The notes under the pieces were generated by a model. That model saw nothing but the letters and a program-made list of their open reading frames with translations. It was not told the DNA's origin and did no database searches. The translations under genes were made by a program, and so were the position numbers. From the human T2T-CHM13v2.0 reference genome, Homo sapiens, in the NCBI RefSeq assembly GCF_009914755.1, contig NC_060942.1: DNA of 64,000 nt; one strand, written 5' to 3'. Each line of letters starts with the position of its first letter. Position 1 is the stretch's first letter. Of the stretch, positions 55,652-64,000 are shown in pieces.

Positions 55652-57271
55652 TGATACTGTATTAGGCTCTGTAGTTCCTATAGGGAGAGTGCACCCACCC
55701 CAGATACTTCCCAAATCCTGATCCCTCCAAGAGGAGCAGAAATTGTGAGTTATTTTTTGGGTTGACTTGTTGGTCAGGTGATTGATAGGTTTGGGTTTTC
55801 AACCAAAGAAATGCTAATTCACTGTGCCTTTTTCATTTTTAAAAAATATTTTTGCTTACCCAAAGATTCTTTACTTAACAACCGTGGCTTTTAATCTGAC
55901 TCAAAAAGTTCAAGCTAAATTTTAAATAGTTGTGATTTGATCATCAAAAGTAGCTAAAAATAAATTTTGGATACTGATTGTAGCCTCTCCTTTTGAAAAT
56001 CAAAGTTTTCTTCATAGCTAATTTTTTCTAAGATTAATGCCCATCCATTTTCAGTCATAAAATAGATAAATTTGTAAATCAACATCTGGCACCACCCTGA
56101 AGATTTCTCATTCTTTTCAAACTTTCTGGGCATGTTGTATGAAATTTTATGAAGTTGAAATAATCACTCTCTGCAGATAATTCTTTACTTCATGTAGTCC
56201 CAGAGCTCTACTAATATGTTAGATCTTTCCAAACTGGAATTACACCAGTCTACACATCAACCCTAATAATTTTCTATACTATGCATCATTAAAACCACAG
56301 TCACCTCTCTTGTTCAGTTCAGTAACCTTTACTCTCCTACTAGAGTTGCTTTGGCTGTTGTCTCTGCATGCCCTATACCAAGCAAACTTTCCTAGAGGCT
56401 CTCCTGACAAAAGTGCAATTGCTGTGACTTGATGATACCTGGGTACAATGTAGTAAATTAAATATGACCTAAGAATTCTTATTTTTTCCATGGTACCTGT
56501 TTGAGATGGTTGAACTTCTATGCCAGCCTGAATTGATGACAGCTAATTTTCCCACTGAGACACTAACCTATTTTTTAATACTGGTCTATGAATTTTCAGG
56601 TAATACATATTTTATATTTCAGATGTAAGCTATTGAAATCTAGAAAAAAAGAAACAATGTTTCAAGACATTACTTCTTGACAAAACAGATTTCTGGATTT
56701 TTTTATTATATTTAAGTTAGTGTGATGGCCTCATTACTAGACTATAATTCTAGTGAGAAGGAAAATTTTATACACTATAGATAGTTACTTAAGGAGGCAG
56801 CCAACTTTATAAGTCATTCTTCACAAATCCAAATGTCATACAAGCTTATTAATAATTTAAGAATCAATAGAAATGAAAATATCTGTTCTTAATTTGCTAT
56901 ATTTCAAATATTGTTTTTCTTTTAACCATTGCGATAATTATTCTATATTAATATAATTTGTTTCTATAATATTTGTTCTCTGTGAGACTGCAGCCAGGCC
57001 TTTAATATCATGTTCAATAAAAGAAAAAATAATCTTTGTCAAGGGCTAATATAGTAACTCAACATTAGCAGAAGTGGTTTTTAAAAATATATTTCAGGTA
57101 TCCAGGAAGCATCTGTGTGTGATTTTGTTACCTTTGGACCCACCCCCTAAATATTTTCACTGAAGTAAAATTATTGGCATCAGTCGTCACCCTTCAAAGC
57201 TAAGGGGATAATTTTTTTAATAAGTATGAAACATTTTGAGATTGTTCTACTTTTCCAGAACCCATTGTGTC

Positions 57272-57273
<2 letters not shown>

Positions 57274-57305
<32 letters not shown>
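57274..57305 (+). repeat. (TG)16 microsatellite
   Basis: Perfect 32-nt TG run. Confidence 0.97.
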
Positions 57306-57307
<2 letters not shown>

Positions 57308-57991
57308 AAAAATTTTGGAAGGTTATTTATCTCTAGATATGCTGCTTTCCAAAGGTCTAAAAAGGAAGTGGTGAGAAGCCAGAGGATTTTTGTTAGAAAA
57401 ACAAAGTCTGAAGGAATATTTCCTGCCTTTTTTCTTTCAGCAGATATATGAACTTCAAAATTTACCATGCCATGCCCTCAAAGGTATGGCTGTTCCCACA
57501 ACCATCAGTGATAATATGTATGTGAAAGGATGTGCTCATACAGTGGCAAGGGATTAGTGAAAAGAAAAAGATGGCGATAAGAAAAAGAGATTTGTGTGCA
57601 CATGATTTTAGAAATGATAGTCTTGCTTCTCTTTGAAACTCAGATTAGAAAAGGTGTATCCCATGGTCAAGTTGAATGCCAAATAGTTCTCAGTTTCGGA
57701 GCTTAAAAGGAAGAATGCATTCTGATTTGAAGACAAGGCATGTAGAACAGAAGCAGCTTTAATGAAGCTCAGTCTGGGTTGTATGAAAGCCATTGTCACA
57801 TTCTGACACAATGATATGCTGGAAGCACTCTTTCCTTAGTCAGGAAGTAGGTTCCATTGTACCTGATCCCAAATCCCACAAAGAATTAGAAACTTAATTT
57901 CTCCATGCAAACTTCCAAGCTACAAAATCAAAGTTTAGAATCTAAATTAGTCCATAAAATATTGTGATAATATAGCACCTTGAAGGGATCA

Positions 57992-58746
<755 letters not shown>

Positions 58747-59338
58747 ATCACTATTTTCACAGCAACTCAAGAGAAAAAATTTCACTTTGCTGCCTCTCTT
58801 CAAGCTTGGAAGCTGGAGAAGAGGTTCTGGTGGAAAGTACTTCAAGTGAAAAGACTTTAAAGACACAAGTTTTAAGTGAAACCTGTCTCCCAGTCAACTC
58901 TCGAGGTTCTTGATTCATTTCATTTTGAAAGAGTGGCTATTTTTGTCTTGTTTTCATCATGCATTTGGCCTCCTCTGTACATAGTCATATTTTTGGCTTC
59001 CTGGAAACAGATGATGAGAAGAAGAATTTGAGGCTAGCTCTAGAAATTACAGAAACTATGTGAACAGTGAGTATCAAAAAGTTAGAAGTGCTTCTGGCAC
59101 TAGAAATTAAGAGCTATAGCAAAACAAAATAGTTTATTTCCAGAAACTCATGTATGTTCACGGTGTAACTCCCATATTTTCCAAGAATTATTTTTTCTAA
59201 GAATTCACATGGGAAAGGAACGGAAGATAAAAGGTTTTAAACTATTTCTTTAAACCAACACTGGCAAGGGCCAACACAAAGAAAATGACAACAAAAGTTA
59301 AGAGATGTATATATATAGAATATGTCTCATTCCTTTGA

Positions 59339-59475
59339 GGGAAGAAGGGACCTGGTTAGAAGAAGGAAGAAAAGGAAGAGGAGAGGAGAGGAGAGACAGG
59401 CAAGTGGAGTAGAGGAAGGAGGAGAGGAGCCCAAAGATTTGAAGAAAAAAAAAAGGAGAAGGCCACCAAAGGAAA
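59339..59475. repeat. GA-rich low-complexity purine tract
   Basis: agaaggaagaaaaggaagaggagaggagaggagagacagg...gaggaaggaggagaggag. Confidence 0.8.
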
Positions 59476-60239
59476 GTCCGGCCTATCGCCCCCTTCTCTC
59501 AGCCCTACCTGTACACAGTACTGAGGCTAGGGCTCCTCCATGCTTGGGCTTTGTCAGTGATGGGTGGTGGAGCCACATTTCTGGGCCTTCACTGACACAT
59601 CTTCCTCCCATAGAAGTTCACCAGAATAATTTGTGGCAAACACATCTTTGTGGTTGACGTTCCTGTGTTTCTTTTCTCTACTGATTCTTGCTTGTTATCT
59701 TGCATGTTCAGCATGAGAGGTTGTCCCTGTGCAATTATTCGGCTGTTTGCTTAAGAAATTATTGCCACAATTTCTGAGATTCAAAGAACAAAGAAGCATA
59801 AGAAGGCAGGGAGATACTTTAGTTTGGAGGGAAGAATCATGGATGTTTCACACAGTGTTTTGAATGGTTTTGCAAGCATCTGAAATAAATTATGTAATAG
59901 ATTCATCTATCTTTAGTTACAAAAAAGAATTGGGGGGATATTGGGCAGCAGGGGTACTGTAGGTACTGCATAATGAATGTATGGAGATCTGCTTCAGTAG
60001 ACAAAGTCTGGAATGCAGTTTTGGTGGGGTAACTGTACATCACAGAAAACAGAAACAGTTTTGGTGGTATAATGGTACATCAGAAAATGATGGCTGAAGG
60101 TGGTTATTTGGCCCTGATGGGCAGGTTTCACAGTTTTAAAAGGAAAACATCAATATGCTGGAAAAAGAAAGTTATTGAGGTCATCAGGAAAGTAAATTAT
60201 CCTAAAACACAATCTAATTTATTTTTAAAGTCAATTTTG

Positions 60240-60539
<300 letters not shown>

Positions 60540-61962
60540 TCAATTTTGTTGGGTACAGTTGAACTTTTTAAGTACAGCAATACTTTATATAACAGATGCC
60601 TTTCTGAAGAGCTGAGTGAAAATGTCATTCATCTGACAAACATGCATGTCTACTCTTTGCTAGTCATTTTCTTTACAAATCAAATTTAATATTAAATTTA
60701 TCAGATACCTCACTATTCAAGGAATCTTTTAATATACACTATTATAAAGCAAGAATTCCAACTATAATGTGCATAGTTCTAATGTGTTATGTATAAATTT
60801 ATATTTTTTAGTACTTCATGGCCTGAAAGAATGGTGCTTTATAGTAGAGCCCTAAAACTTGTAGTACAAAGTTTTTAAGATTTTAACTAATTTATAAACC
60901 ATTATATATATATTTAGTAGATTTAGAGTTTCTTGAAAATTTTTGGTGGAACCTCATAATTTAGATCCCAATAGTTAAATATTTGGTATTCAAACAAAGA
61001 CAGACAATTTATTTTTCTATTTTCCATGAAGAAGGAGAGGGACAATTTTAGATTCACCAGTGTGCAGGACAAATTCTTACTTAACCTATAGAGGAGCAAA
61101 CTTTCTTCAAACACATTACCAATACAATTGTAATACTAAGAATCAATACCATAGTTCTCGATGTAGCATGACTACAAATTGTCACAGTAGATTTTGGATG
61201 ACTTTACCATAGCCACACTTAATGAATTATTATTTATATTTCTATTTGTACTTTAATAAAACTATATTTTAAACTTTAAAATTGTCATTTAAATTACTAA
61301 AGAAAATGAGTAGTTCCCATAATGAATCCATAATGTTAAGAATTTGCTTTAGCAATGAGACTATATTCACTAGCTTTGTATTAATATAAACATAAGAAAT
61401 AACAATATATATGTATAAGACTCAAAGGTGTATTTCTCTGTTCCTCTGAAAATTTTCTTTGTAGCTCCACAGCCAAGATCATGTGGCTTTTGCTTGGAGT
61501 AGTAAAACACTTCTAATATGAAGCAATCTCTAGCTAGGTAATTTTCAAGTCTTTCTATCCAGAACAGAAAGTTGGAGGATGTAGGGAAGGCTAAGTTCTT
61601 GAGTGGGATCTAAAGGCTGGCAGGACTTAGTGAACTATTGGACTGTTTACATGATATGCCATGATAAATGTTGAATGAATTTTCATTATGTCTAGACATA
61701 CTCAATATAAATGCTTGCTTGTTAAGCAAATAGCAGAGGTCAAATCTGGGATCATGGTGATTGCGATTGTGGTTCTCAGGCTGGGTTTCTATTCCTACTT
61801 GAAGTCTGTGGAAATCTGAAAACATCTTGAACATTTCAAAATAATAAGAGATCTGTCTAAATGAAACTTGGATCTAGACTTGGGAGTGTCTGTTGCCAGT
61901 TTCTATTCTTGAATGCATTGCCGTGTTTACGCTCTTCTTGGCTTTCCCATCTTATTAACTAG

Positions 61963-62040
61963 CTCTCCTCCCAAGGACAGTGAAGTAGAGCAGAACAAAC
62001 TGCTGGCTAGGGCTGCTCCAGCTTTTCTGAAGGGCAAAGG
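61963..62040 (+). CDS. DTNA: DTNA cassette exon, 78 nt (SPPKDSEVEQNKLLARAAPAFLKGK)
   Basis: Acceptor aactag|C, donor GG|gtaagt; phase 2-2. Confidence 0.93.
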
Positions 62041-62613
62041 GTAAGTTACAGCCAGAGTGTACTGGAACCCTGCATTAACTAAACTAAAAATGGAGATTTC
62101 TTTTGTCAAAAATGCTTTGTGTGTGAAAGACTGTCTTTGATTCAGTAAAAGCAGCTCTGCTTTAACCCAGTTAACAGCACTAAGTAGTTATTTCCAGTAG
62201 ACACATCTGTGTTGTTATTCACTTTCCCGAATTTGTGTCCTTTTCTTTTTTGAAATGACTAAGCTGAAGACTCGATTTTCTGAAGGATATTTAATCTTTG
62301 CTTGCAACCAATTTCAATGTATTTACTCTACAGATGAATACCTTGGCCTTAGTGGTTGAAAAATGTAAATCTGTTTTCTAAAACTTTATTTAACCTAAAT
62401 GGAAGTCTTTATTTTTAAAGTTAGTGAAATCGAATTGTGGATTTCATTGCCTGGATTTCACTTGTGTTTTTCATAGCACATCACTTACTACCCTTCCTTT
62501 ACCTGCTTGGTTTTCTAAATGCCTTTTCTACCAAAAACTCACTCCTACCTCCTCTACTTATTTCTGTCCACCTCTCTTAACAACACGCTTTCTTTCCCCC
62601 TGCCCTGTTTCAG

Positions 62614-62706
62614 GATACAGTACAGCCTGAATGTGGCAGACAGGCTAGCTGATGAACATGTTCTCATCGGGTTGTATGTCAACATGCTCCGGAACAACCC
62701 CTCATG
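62614..62706 (+). CDS. DTNA: DTNA cassette exon, 93 nt, syntrophin-binding site (IQYSLNVADRLADEHVLIGLYVNMLRNNPS)
   Basis: Long pyrimidine tract then tttcag|G, donor TG|gttagt; phase 2-2. Confidence 0.95.
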
Positions 62707-63676
62707 GTTAGTGCAGGTTTGGCTGCTTGACTGTCCTTAGAGAGGGATACAGTCTGAGCTGGTGACAAGCAGTCTCAGCAAGGAGCAAGGTCACTGGATG
62801 CCAGTGGTGACACTGAAGCACTGTTAACTGGTTCAGTTAAGAAGTCTCTCGTGATGTTAGTTTGGATACTTCCCATGAAGGAACCATAGGATTCATATCC
62901 TTGTTTATATATTAGCTAAAACGAAAACTTGCATAAAGGGATGCCTTGCTAAATATTAGCCTTCAGGTAGATTCAGGACTCCGGGTCCCACCAATCAGTT
63001 CTGTGCTACGTGTCATGTCAAATTACCACAGGATGGTGATAAAAGAATTTGTCTTATTCCAAGGACATGGATGTCTCTGCTGATTTGGAAAACAATGCTT
63101 CATTTTACTTAAGAGTGAAAAAGAGAAAATGCGATGTGATTGAATCACAAAATGGAAATCATTTCTTTAACAATGATAACAGTGGGAACAATCGTCTTTC
63201 AGCAATTCTATTACACATTTTTCTGATGACCATCCTGCTAAAGCCTGCTTTCACATCTTGGAATACACAAAACTTAGTTTCAGATATGTTAAATTCAGGA
63301 ATTAAGATAGCCCTGTGTACTTGGATAAAGCCATTCAAAAGGCTTTTCTCCATTTTCATTGTGACATAGGAGACTCCTTCCATTGGTTAAAGTTACTTGA
63401 TATTAATAATAAATGTGGATTTGCAGCTTGAATTAAAGGAAAAGGACAAACTATGTATCATATGTATTTTTCAATCTAGTTCAGACTATTGTTTTATAAA
63501 CATATTTAGCAAACCAATTCCTTGAAAATATGTCAATTTTTCTCAACCACTTCAATTTTCTCTCAATTAAGGGCCCATGGATTTTCCATAGTTACAATTA
63601 TTAAGAAAGCCAATGGGTTCAATTTCCATTAAAATGTTTCAAACCTTTAGCATGGCAAGTCCTCTTTCCTCTACTA

Positions 63677-63763
63677 TTAGAGGAAAAGTAATTGGCAAAA
63701 TTAATGGCAATTACATTAAAAGTGATGACAAAAACTGCAATTACTTTTGCACCAACCTAGTAT
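63677..63763. mobile_element. Degenerate MADE1
   Basis: Right TIR acaaaaactgcaattacttttgcaccaacctagta is intact; left arm is decayed (aaaagtaattg). Confidence 0.8.
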
Positions 63764-64000
63764 TTCACCAAGGCATTCCTCAGATGCTAGGCCATTGCTC
63801 CATGCTCCTTGCCCTCACCACTTGATGTTATTAGCCGCTTTGTTTCTGAACCTCTTTCCTCCTCACTTGAGTATTTTCAAAATTTTCTTCCTATTACTGC
63901 TTCTTAGATCTATTTTTGCAAGATTAATACATGAGATAATTTTTAGTTCTCATGAACTGATGAACATTTATGTGCTTTAGTACATACATGTATCTTAATT

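Noticed and set aside
59322-59657. 111-aa ORF with basic, NLS-like runs
   Set aside because: It is a translation of a GA-rich low-complexity tract, with no supporting splice structure or recognisable domain.

Overview
Human (primate) genomic DNA: AT-rich, CpG-poor and full of Alu, L1, L2, MIR, MaLR and MADE1 repeats. The whole window lies inside the alpha-dystrobrevin gene DTNA on the + strand, and neither its first exons nor its 3' end are in the window. I reconstructed 12 coding exons from GT-AG boundaries and reading-frame continuity. These are four EF-hand-region exons (17907-39884), the ZZ zinc-finger exon (42034-42200), a linker exon, a 9-nt 'DTW' microexon (49136-49144), an 84-nt exon, an alternative terminal exon ending SDGAFGGCV* with its own AATAAA, and three cassette exons of 90, 78 and 93 nt. 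The 90-nt and 93-nt exons are paralogous syntrophin-binding-site exons. I found no prokaryotic-type system, CRISPR array, RNA gene or second protein-coding gene. The best leads are splicing and regulatory: a frame-preserving cassette array, candidate internal promoters or first exons, a candidate extra terminal exon (59712-), a (TG)16-linked cryptic poison exon, a switch in Alu orientation centred on one exon, CTCF/RFX motif clusters, a MADE1 hairpin with a symmetric substitution, and a possible Alu-L1 chimera. Repeat subfamily calls were made by eye and repeat boundaries are approximate.
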